Source: Eledone cirrhosa
Taxonomy: Eukaryota
Length of the DNA stretch: 64,000 nucleotides
Assembly (NCBI GenBank): GCA_964016885.1
Contig: OZ024742.1
Span: 255,254,001 to 255,318,000, forward strand
Direction: 5' to 3'
Below the pieces are notes generated by a model. It ran no database searches. It saw nothing but the letters and a program-made list of their open reading frames with translations, and had not been told where the DNA came from. Within the stretch, counting starts at the first letter, position 1, and the number at the start of each line of letters is the position of its first letter. This document shows, in pieces, positions 43,801-58,198 of the stretch. Both the position numbers and the translations under genes were made by a program.

Positions 43801-44241
43801 AATTCAGTACATGCATATATCGACCAGGTAGTCGGGAGTCAACACTGAAAACCTCCACGTCAATGCATCAACAAATTAAATCAGTGATATTTGTTCAGAT
43901 GAGAGCTGTTTGACAAAATTGTGTCTGAATCTTTAAAATTATGAAACAAATACCATAGAAATATGTATAATAGCTATTACATAATAAATATAATGTGATG
44001 AAGTATAACTTTATTGTATTTTATTTCATTGTGGTTCAAATACTCCAGCACACACTGACATGCGTAGTCCCATATCATATAAGGAATGATTTACTATTGT
44101 TGAGTGCTTAATGCTGCTTACACCAGTATTTATTAATCGATATTTGCGACTGCAAAAAAAAAGCACTGATTGATTGACATGACATAACCACAGAATATAT
44201 GTATATATATATATATACACACACATGTATGTGTGTATGTG

Positions 44242-44339
<98 letters not shown>

Positions 44340-45589
44340 AAATAATATATACTGAAAATACACATGATGCTGTACAGAGTAACAATTGTAACACTTGTTA
44401 TCTTTATGTATTATGTAATAGATTCCTCCTTCACTGAGGAGATAGAAATTAATTAAACTTCTTTACTCTCCAGAAATTCTAGCAATTACATCATAGAGAT
44501 CAACAAGTGAATATGTCAGTAAAGTACAATCAATTTAAAATTTTAATCATATGACTGGCACATCACACTGACCTTCTCTCTAATCATATGCAAATTTAAG
44601 CAATACATTAAATGTGTGTATATTTAATCAAATTATCAGTGTATATTATTAACAATAAGTTCCAGCAGATAATATTGGATTTGAAAATCAAATATCAACA
44701 TCAAATGCGTACAGAGAGATTAAATCAACACATTATTCAATTAAATGTAACTGCATTGATTAGATAATACATAGAGTTTTACAGATGTGCCAAATATTAT
44801 TAAGCTATGGCTGGATGGGCAGATAGTATTCTTTGTTAACATTTACAATAGCAGAGAAACAGATTTTTCACAATTAATTGTCATATTTTTTGTTTTGTTT
44901 TTATTTTACTACCAAATGGCTAAGAGGAATCTTCAGTTAAAGCATGAACACAACAATCTCTCTACTGTGGATGCCATGAAAACATACTACCAGTACACAT
45001 TGTAAAGTTGGAATTGAGAAGGGTATCTACTCATAGAAACCATACCAAAAAAGGTTAAGAAGACTTCAGTGATGTCACGAACACAACAACCTCTCTCATG
45101 CCGGTGCCATGAAAACATACTACCAGTACACAGTGTAAAGTTGGCATTAGGATGGGTATCTAACCATAGAAACCATACCAAAGCCAGAATGTAAGGACGT
45201 GAGATGTAGACCTGCTGGTAAGATGGGGCCTGTTGATGAGAGGACAATAAGTCCAATTAAGTACTGACTTTGTTCATAATGACCTGACCAAACTGTAACA
45301 GCATGGAAACATGTATGTTAAATGATGACGAGGATGTGATTTGGTCATGCTGTTTTCATACGGTTTCACATGCTTGAAAAAAGATATACTTATATGTGTG
45401 TGTGTTTGTGTGTGCATGCATGAAAGACATTTTTTAAACTATTGAACACATTAAAATAACAGTATATTAGTAAAACATAAGATTTAAAAAAAAGACTTTT
45501 AATGTTTCTTACTCCAATTCAACATTAGAAGAAAGAGGAAAAAGTAGAAAAATGGAGAATAAAGGTGAAAGTACACATGTGAAGTTGCC

Positions 45590-45806
45590 CAGGTGGATTG
45601 GCCAGTATTGGTAGAGAGTCGTACGCCATTCTTTGTAGCATAGAGTTACGGCCCTTTATGATCTGAGTTCAAATCCTACCGAGGTTAACATTGCCTTTCA
45701 TATTTATGGGGTCGATTAAATAAAGTACCAGTTAGGCACTGGGGTCGATTTAAACGACTTTCCCCTCCCCAAAATTGATGGCCTTGTGTCTATATAAGAA
45801 ACCATT
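45590..45806 (+). mobile_element. Meta-domain SINE
   Basis: GAGTTCAAATCC B box plus GCCTTTCAT..GGGGTCGATTAAATAAAGTACCAG. Confidence 0.8.
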
Positions 45807-45989
45807 ATATCTAATAATAAAAAGTGTATAACAATAATATTAAACAACAAATTTATTCCACAGTTAATAACAATATTAAATGTTAAATCTTATATACAGT
45901 TTATGATAATATTTATTATATTAATTACTGTTTATCTGAATACTGATCCTTCCTTGATTAAGTCACTGCAGCATTAGATCTAGTTAAGA

Positions 45990-47330
45990 CTGACTCATAT
46001 ATCCTACTGGGAGACTTCAATGGCTATGTTGGCACCAACCAACTGACATGGAAAGGAGCGAATGAATGGAATAGTAATCCTGATCTAAATATGAATGGAG
46101 AGGTCTTATTAGACTTCTGCTCAAGCAATGGACTCTCTATTATGAACACCTTCCAGTACAGGGACATCCATAAATATACATGGTATAAGGGGAATCAGGG
46201 ACAGAAATCAATAATTGATTTCGTTATTATATCTTCAATTCTCTGCTGGATCTGTGTGCTACGATAGAGGCTTACTTGTCAACTGATCACCATCTAGTTA
46301 TCAGCAATATGAGACTACCTAAAGCCAAAGAAGTCCACAAAATTGACAAATCCAAGTCGAGGATAAAGTGAGAAGTGTTGGTGGATAAGGAAGACGGGAC
46401 CAGGTATGCAGCTACTATTGCATCCAAATCCGGAGAACTTCCTGTGCAAACTGAGGATGTTGAAAAGAGTGGAGATTGTTCATCTTAGCATTTTTCTGCT
46501 TCAGCTGTTGAATGCTGTGGATGAAAGAGGCTTGGTGTGGGACTGGATGGCAGGAGGACCCCTTGGTTCAATCAAGAGGTCAAAGATGCCACCCGAGCAA
46601 AGGAGACCTACAACGCTTGGCTGGGAAACAAGTCCTCCTTCTTGCACTTGCAAAACAAGCTGGCATAAAGAATCACCGTGGAGACAGTAAAGGCATATAA
46701 AGTTAAGACATGGGAGGACTTTGGGGTTAAGCTGGAATCTGACTTCAGATCAGGAAATAAAGTGTTCTGGCAGACCACCCACTGACTTCGTAATAAGAAG
46801 TCCTCCTCCACCTCTGCTATCAGGGATGCATCTGGGATTCTCCTCTCTTTAGAGAGGTGCATTCTGGCAAGGTGGAGAGAATACTTTGCTGATCTCCTAA
46901 GTTGATCACAACAGCATTTTCTGATGTAAATGAAGTGCATCTGGGAGCGATGATTAATCTCTTGGAGGCTGTGGTCACAAGAGCAATTAAAGAGCTCAAA
47001 TATGACAAGGCCACTGGGGAGGATGAAATTCAGCCCAAGATGTTAAAAGTTTTAAATAGAGAAGGCATTCTCTGACCGACTCATATGAGCCAGGTGACCT
47101 GGATATCTGGAAATGCACATAAGCAATGGCAATTGGGAGTGGTAATCCCAATTTTCAAAAAAGGGAGATAAGAGAAATTGCTCCAATTACAGAGGAATGT
47201 ATGAGTATTTGGTATATAAATGGTGCTAAATAAAAATCATTCACTGTGGGAATCAGACTCTGCCAAGGGTGCATACTTTCACCTCTCCTGTTAACTATTA
47301 TATATACTTGCTTCATGAAAGTATCACACT
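45990..47330 (+). mobile_element. Decayed APE-type LINE fragment (RTE-like)
   Basis: LLGDFNGYVG, SIIDFVI, TDHHLV, KATGEDEI, PIFKKG, QGCILSPLL with many stops. Confidence 0.8.
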
Positions 47331-47339
47331 TCAGCGAAA

Positions 47340-48130
47340 GCAAACCACAGCTATCCGCAGAGCCATCCGCAAAGAAGGACTGGATTACAAATAGCACATT
47401 CCGGCCCTTCTCTGCATGGATACCTATCTAAAGAGCAATCTAGAGACAACAACAACTAATGCTCGCTGACACAAGTATCTGCCAGTGGGCAAAAACCGGA
47501 TTAAATGCAGCAAATATACATTGGTAGCACGACTTGAGCATTCCACACCTGCATTAAAAACACCCCAACACACACGCATCCTCACTAAAATTACACATTG
47601 ACAAATGTAGAAACACCAACAAAAATATAAGTTACTATTGAAGCCAAAGAAAGAAATGTGGACAATTTAAGAATTAAGGAAGCCTTGCTCATACGTAGAC
47701 TCAACCGACAAATAAATAATACATTAGAACTCAGCACACAATACTTAACATAAAAAGACACACCCACACAAAACCTGAACAACATCTCATACAAAAAAAA
47801 AAAGAAGAAAATTGATTCCATGAAATATTATATCGGCAATTGACTTCATTCTCGTGAATAGCAAAGTAACCATCAAACAACGCTTGAAAACGGTTTAAGA
47901 AATTTAAATCTAAATTTAAACCGAATGAGAAGAAACCGGAACATTTTTCTCTGAAAGTTCTTTATACTCTGAAGAAGGGAATTTTAAGTCCGAAATATTA
48001 GGACGAAAGAAGCAATAGCATCAACAAAACAAACAAAACAAAGATTAACAGGTAACTTACTTTTTTGTTACCTTTATCTTACAGTCCATTTTGCATTGTT
48101 TAGTTTTATATCCCTTTCCATATTATATAT
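47340..48130 (+). mobile_element. Decayed PLE 3' fragment (GIY-YIG remnant) with hammerhead at 47966-48003
   Basis: YIGST and LRIKEALLI remnants, then CTGAAGA-agGGA(8 nt)TCC-GAAA-TAT-TA-GGA. Confidence 0.7.
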
Positions 48131-48149
48131 CATATACAATTCTTCAAGT

Positions 48150-49038
48150 AATCTACAACATTTTATTGTTGATTAATCATTTCTCCTTGTATATTCTTTG
48201 TTGTTTTGTCTGCTAACTGATATTGTGAAACAATTCTAAATTTGGGAACATTTTTCCCAATGCATTTTTTCTATATGCTCATTCAGTGGAACCTTTCTTG
48301 TATTTATATTTCGGATTTGTTGTCAGGAGGTTACCAGAACTGTTCATAGAGCTCTGCCAGTTATTCTGGCATAATTTTCGAAACAAGTGCAGCATGTTAA
48401 AACATAGACGAGATTATAAGATGAACATGGGAAGCTGTTTTTAAGATTAAAATGTTGTCCATTTCCGAATTTAAATTCCGACTCTTCAAGTATTTATTCA
48501 CAATTTCAGCAATTATGTCTACCACGGTTTGTTAGGAATCTGTGAATTTTTGCACCTGTGAACATTTTTTCAAATATTTTGTCTGTCGTTTCCTCTTTAT
48601 AATTTGTTAATTGTCCAAGTTTTTTTTTTTCAGTTTTTTATGATTATACATCATAAGCAAATTCCGATGGGGATGATTTTAAATTTCAATATTCCTCGGA
48701 TTGTATGCTGTACTTTTTCTTTTGATTTATTTTTACAGACCGTAAATCTTGAATATTTATATTTTCGCTCTTTCTATTCCATTTTTCACTAAACTGGGAA
48801 GAAATTTTCGATTGATTAAGATATTTTGTAATTCTATCATCCGTCGATGCTGTGTTGCCATACAGGAAACATTTGCGCATATTTGTTTCGTCAAAGTAAA
48901 AGTAATATGTGTTCGTGTATGTTTAGGATGGCTGTTTTGAGTCAGAGGTTTTATAATAGATATCCATTTCAATTCGTCCGTCTATTATGTTTATCAAAAT
49001 CTCTAAAAAAGAGTTCTTCCTTGTTAAATTCCATCGTG

Positions 49039-49045
<7 letters not shown>
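48150..49045 (-). mobile_element. Decayed PLE RT-thumb fragment
   Basis: IQFTME, MDIYYK.SDSKQ, SHPKHT motifs typical of the PLE RT C-terminus. Confidence 0.7.
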
Positions 49046-49103
<58 letters not shown>

Positions 49104-49282
49104 AGAGATATATATGTATATAGGGAGAAAGAGCCATGTATCATTTGCGAAACACATACTATATATATAATATATATATATATATATAAATTTGAATTAT
49201 TGATGCTCTGGAAAAATGTTCATTGAACTTTTCTACTGAGAAACACAAAAATCATACATAATATATATATTGTGATACCTTA

Positions 49283-49326
<44 letters not shown>

Positions 49327-49557
49327 GAAACACACAGATACATGCGGACACACACATATATACATGAATGCATCCGCACCCAACTGTGAGTTAAGGGTGC
49401 CAACTTCACCGATGTTGCTCAATGAATGACTGGGACAGACCAATTCAGTTTGAACCAGACTGAACCAGTATCAGAGTTAAAAATACATTATGAAGAGAGA
49501 AGAAACATTTAGATATAATTAGTAATAAAATGTATCATACCTAAACTGTTCCTAAAT

Positions 49558-49645
49558 TCCTCGACTACGTAGTTTCGTGGCATAAACAAAAACAATATAT
49601 CAAAGATATAGAGTCCTTGCGAGGTCTGCCGACTTATCAAGAGGA
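49558..49645 (-). ncRNA. Type I hammerhead ribozyme (mirror copy)
   Basis: Reverse complement of 49831-49918. Confidence 0.85.
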
Positions 49646-49830
49646 TACCTCATTTTACTAGTCTCAAGAACGCGTCTACACGACGTGAGAAAGAATCCCA
49701 AAAGGCGGAGGGGGAGATAGTCACGCGATATAACGTGGACCGTTATATCGCGTGACTATCTCCCCCTCCGCCTTTTGGGATTCTTTCTCACGTCGTGTAG
49801 ACGCGTTCTTGAGACTAGTAAAATGAGGTA

Positions 49831-49918
49831 TCCTCTTGATAAGTCGGCAGACCTCGCAAGGACTCTATATCTTTGATATATTGTTTTTGTTTATGCCACG
49901 AAACTACGTAGTCGAGGA
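49831..49918 (+). ncRNA. Type I hammerhead ribozyme, UUGAUAA core, expanded stem II
   Basis: TCCTC-TTGATAA-GTcGGCA(about 44 nt)TGCCAC-GAAA-CTACGTAG-TC-GAGGA. Confidence 0.88.
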
Positions 49919-50101
49919 ATTTAGGAACAGTTTAGGTATGATACATTTTATTACTAATTATATCTAAATGTTTCTTCTCTCTTCATAATGTATATATATA
50001 TATATATATATATAGTATAAATATAAAAATTCTTTTTTTTTTTAGGAAAACCATTCAAGGAGTGAGTAGAAATTTAGAGAGATATTTATTTGATCATATA
50101 A

Positions 50102-50211
50102 TCTAACACGTGTTTCATTATCGAATACATATTTGTCTACGAGAGCTAATTAGAGATATTTTTTCTATTCATTCACTCGCATTTCATCTACCACCACCGA
50201 ATCCTCAGAGA
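50102..50211 (-). ncRNA. Degenerate hammerhead with long stem II
   Basis: Minus strand: TCT-CTGAGGA-(long insert)-GAAA-CACGTG-TT-AGA. Confidence 0.55.
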
Positions 50212-51046
50212 AAAATTATACAATATGTTTTTAGCGTATTTGTGTAGAAGGGGAAAAGAATAAGTGACGTAGTTAGTAACCTATAGACTTCCAGTATTTT
50301 TGGTAATGTTGGAGTAATATATTATTCTATATTTCAAAGAGGACAATTTTGGGTGATAGGAGTGTGTGTTGTGATGAAAAGAAACAAGCTGTAAATTCAT
50401 TAGCTTTGGTAATATATACGTGACTATTATAAATATAGGGGATTTTGAAATGGTAGATTTGGCGCCAGTTTTCTTTGTCATAAAGATCGGCCAAATATAT
50501 TTTTGTCTAGCATATTCATATTGTCTAGCATATTCATATACTTACAGGGAGTTTTCATAATAACAATCAATCTACATTATTTTATTCTGGGGCTATGAAA
50601 TTGAAAATCATCCTCCATAGCATTTCAATATAAAAGGCAAATACATAATATTTATACATTAAATGTAACACAAGCACGACGACACCTGAAATTATTCCTA
50701 TACACTTATATAAAACATAAATATATCCATACATACGTACATACATACACACATACATACATACATACATACATACATACATACATACATACATACATAC
50801 ATACATACATACAAATACATATATATATTCATAAACAATCTACACAAATGTGCATACGTGTACTCACACACATATATTGTATAGGTATATCTGTAATATA
50901 TATATATGTATAATATATATATATATTTATATATATATATAATATATTTATATATATATATATGTGTGTGTGTGTCTAGTATCTGTGTATATAGGAATAT
51001 ATCTATGTATGTATATAAATGTATATATAATATATTACATATACTG

Positions 51047-51098
<52 letters not shown>

Positions 51099-51469
51099 GA
51101 TATACATTCATATACACAGACATATGCCAAAATACATTATATACATACACACACACACACACACACATACACACACACATACACACACACACACACTTAC
51201 ACACACACACCACACACACACACAGTACCGATATGTGCGTAATTCTCGTGCTTAATCGATTCGAAAAACTCTACTTGAAAACAACTTGAAAACAGTCGAA
51301 ATAATACGAAATTTTTCAGTGCCATTGAAGAATTTTGCGATTTGTCACGAAATTGCTGCCTCACTGGCTATTCCAAAATATTTTATTTTCATTGAATAAT
51401 CATAGCGTAAAATAAAGTGTCGGTGTGGCATAAGGGTAAAAGTTCGTGTTATTTGTTTTCAAAAAATAG

Positions 51470-51531
<62 letters not shown>

Positions 51532-51545
51532 ATATATATATATAG

Positions 51546-51630
<85 letters not shown>

Positions 51631-51659
51631 TATATATGCATACATATATACCTATATAT

Positions 51660-51723
<64 letters not shown>

Positions 51724-51794
51724 TATATATATATATATATATCATCTTCATCTCATCATCATCATTTAACGGCTGCTTTCCCTGCTAGCAAGGG

Positions 51795-51849
<55 letters not shown>

Positions 51850-52312
51850 CACACAAACACACACACACACATATATATATATACATATATATATGGGGGC
51901 ACGTGTGTATGTGTATGTATGTATATGTATGTATGTGTATGTATGTGAGTATGTATGTATATACAAGAACTCTTGTCTTCTATTCAACCTTAAGCTACTA
52001 AATTTCTTTTATTTTTCTCTCATTATTTGTTTAATATTCGTTATATATTGTTTCTCTCTGTCTAATGATTGCTTTGTTTAAGTGTTTGTGTGGAGTGGCT
52101 TTCGGAAAAAATAGTTAGTGTTTTTTGTTATTTTCATATTTTGTTCTAGTAGTAGCAGTAGTATTAATAGTAGTGGTAGTAGTGGTGGTGGTGGGGGTAG
52201 TAGTAGTGGTGGTGTTTTGTTTTGTTTTGTTTTTTGTTGTAGTGCACCTGAGCACTATACAGAATAATTTTCATTATAACTGTTATTATTTGTATATTAT
52301 TAATATACTTAT

Positions 52313-52490
52313 TAGGGCAGTAAATTGGTAGTATTGGTAGAGATATGAAAAACAATCTTTGCAGCATATAGTTAAGTCTATTTAAGTTCAAATCTCGCCA
52401 AGGTTAACTTTGCCTTTCATCCTTACAAATTCGATTAAATTAAATAGCATTTATATACTGAGGTCGATTTAATCAACTTTCCCCAGCCCT
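52313..52490 (+). mobile_element. Meta-domain SINE, decayed
   Basis: GTTCAAATC..GGTTAACTTTGCCTTTCATCCTT. Confidence 0.65.
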
Positions 52491-52645
52491 TCCACAGAGA
52501 AATGTGTATAGGTCTAATTAGTAGTAGCTTTAGTTTTGTTATATGCTTCTAGTTTATCTTTTTCTTCTTCATTCTCTTCATGGTCTTCACTTTCATCTTC
52601 TTTCCTTTCAACATCATCATCATCATCTTCTTCTTCTTCTTCTTC

Positions 52646-54190
52646 ATGTCCAGATGCTCGGCACGGCTCTCAAAGAATACGAAGCGGTGACAGGAGCAAA
52701 GATAAACCAGGAAAAGTTGGTGGGCTTGCAGCTTGGCACCTGGAGAGGCAAGTACATGCTGTCCGACAGCATCGTGGGGCGTTGGACGGACGGACCGGTT
52801 AAATTGTTCGGGCTCTGGTTCCGACCGGACCTCCAGATGGAGAAAAACTGGAGAGAGGTGACGAGCAAGGTGGCATCCCTCACCCAGAAATGGACCGAGA
52901 GGAAGCTGTCTCTGAAAGGCCGGGCGAGGTGGCGAATGCGTACATCGCATCCATCATCTGCTACCGCTCACCGTCGCCCCTTGCCCCAGCCCAACTCTCA
53001 CCAAAATGGAGCGCCTCCTCTTCCGCTTTTTGTGGAAGCGATGCGTTCCCATGGTCAGACGATCCATCTGCTGTCAACACCCGTTGCGTGGAGGACTGGG
53101 CATACCATGGCTGATGATGCGCAAACATGTGCTGAGGCTGCGACACCTCTGGTGCTTCCTTGACGGTGAACAGGTGTGGTCACCGTTCACAGCTCGTCTC
53201 CTTGACGGAGCTGCAGTCCTGGGTCAGGAAAAGACCGAGGGATAGCGCTTGGAAATTGAAATGTCTCCAGGCGCTCACTGCCCTCTGCCAGAGAGATCCT
53301 GGGCGTCGAAGAAGATCAGCTGTTTGCTCTCTTCCGGAGAACTTTCAACCCAAGGTCTATGCATAACTTCCAAAAATCTCTGGCCTGGCAGTGCTACCGG
53401 GGAGCGTTGCCGGTTCGAGATAAGCTCTACAGGCACGGAAGTGCCGTCAGCCGAGCCTGTCCGAGATGCGCGCAGAGCGACGAAACCGTCGTGCACGCAC
53501 TCGTTCAGTGCCCGAGCATTGCTGACTTGTGGAGCTATGTCGAACAGTTGCTGTCGCGTGTAGGACTGATCAGGTTATCGACTGAGTCCATTGTGCAGAT
53601 GGTCTCGCCGACTTCCTTCGAGGAGGAAGGGCAGTTGGTTTTCATCTGTCTGGTGGACATGGCGAAAGAGATTGTCTGGTGGACAAGGTTGAAAAGTTTA
53701 AAGACAGATACTTTCCTTTTCGGCGAATCCCTAATTAACTTTTCAAGTTTCACTTGAAGAGGAAAATCAGGGTGGAGAGGCAAGTGCTGCCTTCTAGCAA
53801 GTTTGTTGAAAGGTGAGTGAACGTAGCGAGAATGGTCCGAGTGAACGGGACCGCTCTGAATATACGCCTGTAGTTTGAGAAATGGAAAAATTGAGAGAGC
53901 TCGCTTGCTCTGGTGGTCAGTGTGGCCGTGGTCTTTTGTGTGGTTTTCGCCACGAATAACCGTCGGAGGTTTCCCCCCTATTGGTGAATTTTTCATTGTT
54001 TCAATTTTCATTTTTATTATTTATATATATATATGTTTCTATGTCTTTTTTCTTTTCTTATATGAATAATAAAAATCTTTACACGCACAAAACCCTCATC
54101 GTACCGTCGTGTACCGTTCTGTGCCGTCTGTAATTTTTTTCTTGATGTCAGCCCTTGTGGCCAATAAAGAAATCATTATTATTATTATTT
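52646..54190 (+). mobile_element. L1/Tx1-like non-LTR retrotransposon 3' fragment
   Basis: GAKINQEK, W.ERKLSLKGR, GGLGIP, zinc knuckle CPRC..ETVVHALVQC; AATAAA and (ATT)n tail. Confidence 0.88.
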
Positions 54191-54359
54191 TTTTATTTTT
54201 TATTTCATTATTGTTTCTGAGATATATGCCGAGTGTCTTCCTGACACCTAGGGCAAATAAATTCACAGTGTGTATTGGTAAGCTAGTTAATACGGCACAT
54301 TGATTATAATTTAAAAAAAAACAAAAAAAAAACAGTTTACATATATACATATATATGTA

Positions 54360-56415
54360 AATACAAGTAGGGATATCAATCCTAAAGAGATAGTGCTCTT
54401 CTCAATACGTGTGCAGTACCAGTCAAAACAATTTTTTGCACCTCGTGCAGAGAGGGTAAACCAGGAATCATTCGCAAATATTGTTCTGTTCTGTTCTTGA
54501 TCATTCCCAGTCCTCCCACAATCCCTGGTATTGTAACGGCCTTGAGGTGCCACATTTTCTCAATTTCAATAAGCAGATCTTTATATTTTCGTAGCTTGTC
54601 AAATTCTTTTGCCGCGCTATTGTGATCACATGGGATGCTCATATCTATCAATAAACAGACCTTGTTATGTTGATCTTTTACAATGATCTCAGGTCTATTT
54701 GCTTTTCTGGTCCTGTCAGTATTTACAGGAAAGTCCCAGAGAATTGTTTATTTTTCGCCTTCAGTTATAGCCTCAGGGTGATGATTGTACCACTTGTCTT
54801 CAGCATTGATTTTGTAATGCCGACATATTACCCAGTGTAGATATTGGCCAACTCTGTCATGTCCATATTTGTATTCTACTGCTGTTAAAACTTTACATCC
54901 AGAGACTAAGTGATCCACTGTTTCAACCCCAGCATTGCAGAATCGGCACTTTGGGTTTATTCCGTTTTTCATCACATTGACCCGGTAATTACGAGTCAAT
55001 AAGCTTTGATCTTGGGCAGCTAAGATGAAGCCTTCACTCTCCGCCCTTAGCCCTGAACTACGTAGCCACTGATGGGTGTGCTTTTGGTCAACATCAGCTT
55101 GTTTTCTACGGGCCATGCAGAGGTTTCTGCTCCCAATTTGATGCTAATTGTCCTTGCCCTTTTGTTTTTGCCAGTGATTTTATGTTCCTAGCAGCATCAG
55201 TTTCTTTAGTCTGTCCAGTCTGGGTATCAAGCATGAGATCAGTAGCATATGTTTTGCTCTCCTTCAAGATAGAATAAAGATTCTTACTTTTTTCATGCTT
55301 TTCAACAAGTTTCAGCATACAGACGTTAGTTGTTTCAAGGTATTTGGCCAGTCCAATGACGGTGGTCTTATAAGCAAGTTCAAATTGGATCAGGCTACGG
55401 CCTCCTTGAGTTCTAGGAAGGTAAAGACGATCCACATCTGCTTTTGGGTGGTGCATCATATTACAGGTCAGTAGCTTACGGACTTTGGTGCCGATTCTTT
55501 TGATTTCACTCATATTCCAGTTCAACACACCGAAGCTATAAGTGACAACTGGGACTGCCAAAGAATTTATGGCTAGCACCTTGTTACGAGCGTTTAGTTC
55601 TGATCTCAGAACTGCACGTACTCTCCTGTAATATTCTTTCCTTATCCTCTCATCCATAGTAGCATGCTGTATGCCAGAGCCCTCATTAATCCCTAAGTAT
55701 TTATAGGTTTGTTCCTGCTCAAGTTCCTTTATGATTGTTTCAGCATCAACTGAGTGTGAGTTGACAAGCTTCCCCTTCTTGAAAGTGACTTTTGCACACT
55801 TGTCAAGTCCAAACTCCATCCTGATGTCATCGCTAAACGTTTTTACTGTCCACAAAGGGCCTTCCAGTTCATCATTATCTTTGCAATATAGCTTCACATC
55901 ATCCATATAACATAGGTGGCTAATTTCTTTGTTGTCAATTCTATAACCGTATCCTGTTCTATTAAGTTCGGATGTAAGGGATATTACAGCTATGCAGAAA
56001 AGCAAGAGTGAAAGTGAGTCACCCTGGAAGATACCACAATTGATGTTTATATTCCTAGAGCACAGTACCCCAGTGGAATGAGACAACTGGAGATTTGTGT
56101 TCCATAATGACATATTGTGTTTCAGGAAGTTTGAGATCACAGGTGAGATTTTGAAGATGCCCAGTGATTTCAGAATCCATGAGTGTGGTATGCTGTCAAA
56201 GGCTTTATTATAATCGACCCATGCAGAACTGAGATTTCTGTGTTTATTATGCAGTTCTCAAGGATCATACGATTAATCAAAAGTTGATCTTTGCAAACAT
56301 ATGAACCTCGTCGGCACCCTTTTTGTTCAATGGGGAAAAGATTGTTCTCCTCCAAAAACACGTATGCTTTTTCCATGAGAATAGAGGTTGATAGTTTATA
56401 AGTGGTGGGCTCGAT
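54360..56415 (-). mobile_element. R4/Dong-like non-LTR retrotransposon (RT + CCHC + restriction-like endonuclease), 5' truncated
   Basis: EQKGCRRGS, GIFQGDSLS, YMDDVKLY, YKYLG, AAQDQSL.TRNY, CRFC..ETVDHLVSGC, IDMSIP..K..KYKDL. Confidence 0.92.
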
Positions 56416-57635
56416 CAAGTGACCATTCAGGTCGATAATTGGAGAAGAGTTTGTGCCAGAGAAGGACTTTTAGATCTCAGGTTGGCACCTTCCTCAGGGA
56501 CGCGCTTCCTGATTAACCATAGGAAAAGCGATTTGGTATTGTGTATTAATTTTTATTTGTTCATCTCGCAGTACATGTATAGCGGGAATACTAGCGTGTA
56601 TGAATGTAACAAGGAGACATTGTTTGTGTGTATAATATTTAATCAACAATTTAACAGTATAGTTGACATGTCAATGAATAAACAAAAGAATGAAGCAAAG
56701 TTAGTAGTTACCGTTTTGATTGCCAGGCAAACGCAGGATGGTAGAAGACGCCTGGCGAAGGCCAAGCGCCGGAAGGGCAAATGAGAGAGTGAGAACTTAA
56801 AGTTGTTAGTTTTATAGGGTTCTGACCGGAAGTTACAGAAAGGGTTCTACTTCCCGTCTAGATCTTGTTAATCTATTGGGGTTGTGAGTCACAACAAGGG
56901 AGGCAACTGCTACACATGCTTGCATTACGCATGGTATTGGACGTACATGGAAAGTTGCCCAGCTCTTTGGATAGTGCATTTGCTGGCTGGCACTGAGATC
57001 ATTATTACTATTATAACAGTATAGTTATGGTCATTGCTGTTGTTGATTGAGGTGATATTGTTATGGTTACAGCTGTAAGTAAGAGGTGCACGAGAATTTT
57101 CTCAACTGTTCTTGTGGTGTGAGTGGTGTTGGTGCTGGTGGCAGGGAGATTAATGCTGGGGGTGGGGTGCTGGGAGTGGTAGTGGGTAGGGTGACATTGT
57201 AGCTTATAGGAGTTGCTTCTCCGATGTTATTTTCTGTCTATTTTGAGTTTGAGGTGTAAATAGGATGCTAGTATTCTTTTTTTTCTTCCTCTTTGTTTTG
57301 TCCTTTATGTGGGCTTCATACACATACATAAATATACATCCACACGTGCATACTTATACACACGTATTTATATACACACATATATATATATCCACACATT
57401 AGACACTGAGAAGGGAGGTAGGTAGCAGTCAGTGACAGTAGTCTAAAAATAGATTGAGGATTTACTGGTGTCAATGTGTAAGGAAGTGGTTGTGAATGTG
57501 GTATGGGAGAGAGAAGTGATCTTTCAACTGTCCATTTTCCTTTCAAAATCTGAAATTTAGCCACCATCGACCAAAATGTAAAAAAAGAAAATTGTATTGG
57601 GGAAATATTTAAAAATATATATGCACCTTTCACAT

Positions 57636-58198
57636 TGTAGCGGCCTCTTACGGCTGTAACTCAGCACGTATAGGAGTTGCGTCCCTTTGCGACGGTCGCG
57701 ACTCCCAGTGACAGATCCATGTACTAAATGGAGTTGCGTCTCCCTGGGGACTATATATTTGAGGACAATCAAGGCATCACACTCACTTCCTTCGCTGCAA
57801 CAAGAAGAACACTTCAGACCTTGTCAAGAGATGACTCCTGTCTCACTTCCTTCGCCGCAACAAGAAGAACACTTCAGACCTTGTCAAGAGATGACTCCTG
57901 TCTCACTTCCTTCGCCGCAACAAGAAGAACACTTCAGACCTTGTCAAGAGATGACGCCTGTCTTCTCTCTCATTTCCTGCGCCGGCAGCCTAAAGAAACA
58001 CTTGAACCTTACCAAGAGAAGATTCCTGTTCTCTACACACTCCGGTCTGGGAGTTGTGACCAACTGACCATCAACATGTGGTAAAAATTATTTCAATTAA
58101 TTTATTTGATTTCTGTGGAGTAAAACCATGTCACAACACTCACCTGCATTTATTGTCATTCTTAATAATGTATATACACTGATACTAACATTCTAAAT
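57636..58198 (+). repeat. 5' LTR (lacks the last ~18 bp of the 3' LTR); three 60 bp tandem repeats
   Basis: Starts TGTAGC; colinear with 62883-63446; repeats at 57782-57962. Confidence 0.92.

Larger units (their letters stand above)
49483..49993. mobile_element. Apparently perfect 511 bp palindrome (253 bp arms, loop TGGAC) with one hammerhead per arm
   Basis: No mismatch found by eye between 49483-49735 and 49741-49993; right arm runs into (TA)n; about 160 bp separates the left arm from a (TA)n tract. Confidence 0.95.

Noticed and set aside
57687-58084. ORFs of 102-126 aa with 20 aa repeats in both LTRs
   Set aside because: A by-product of 60 bp tandem repeats being open in several frames; no homology evidence.
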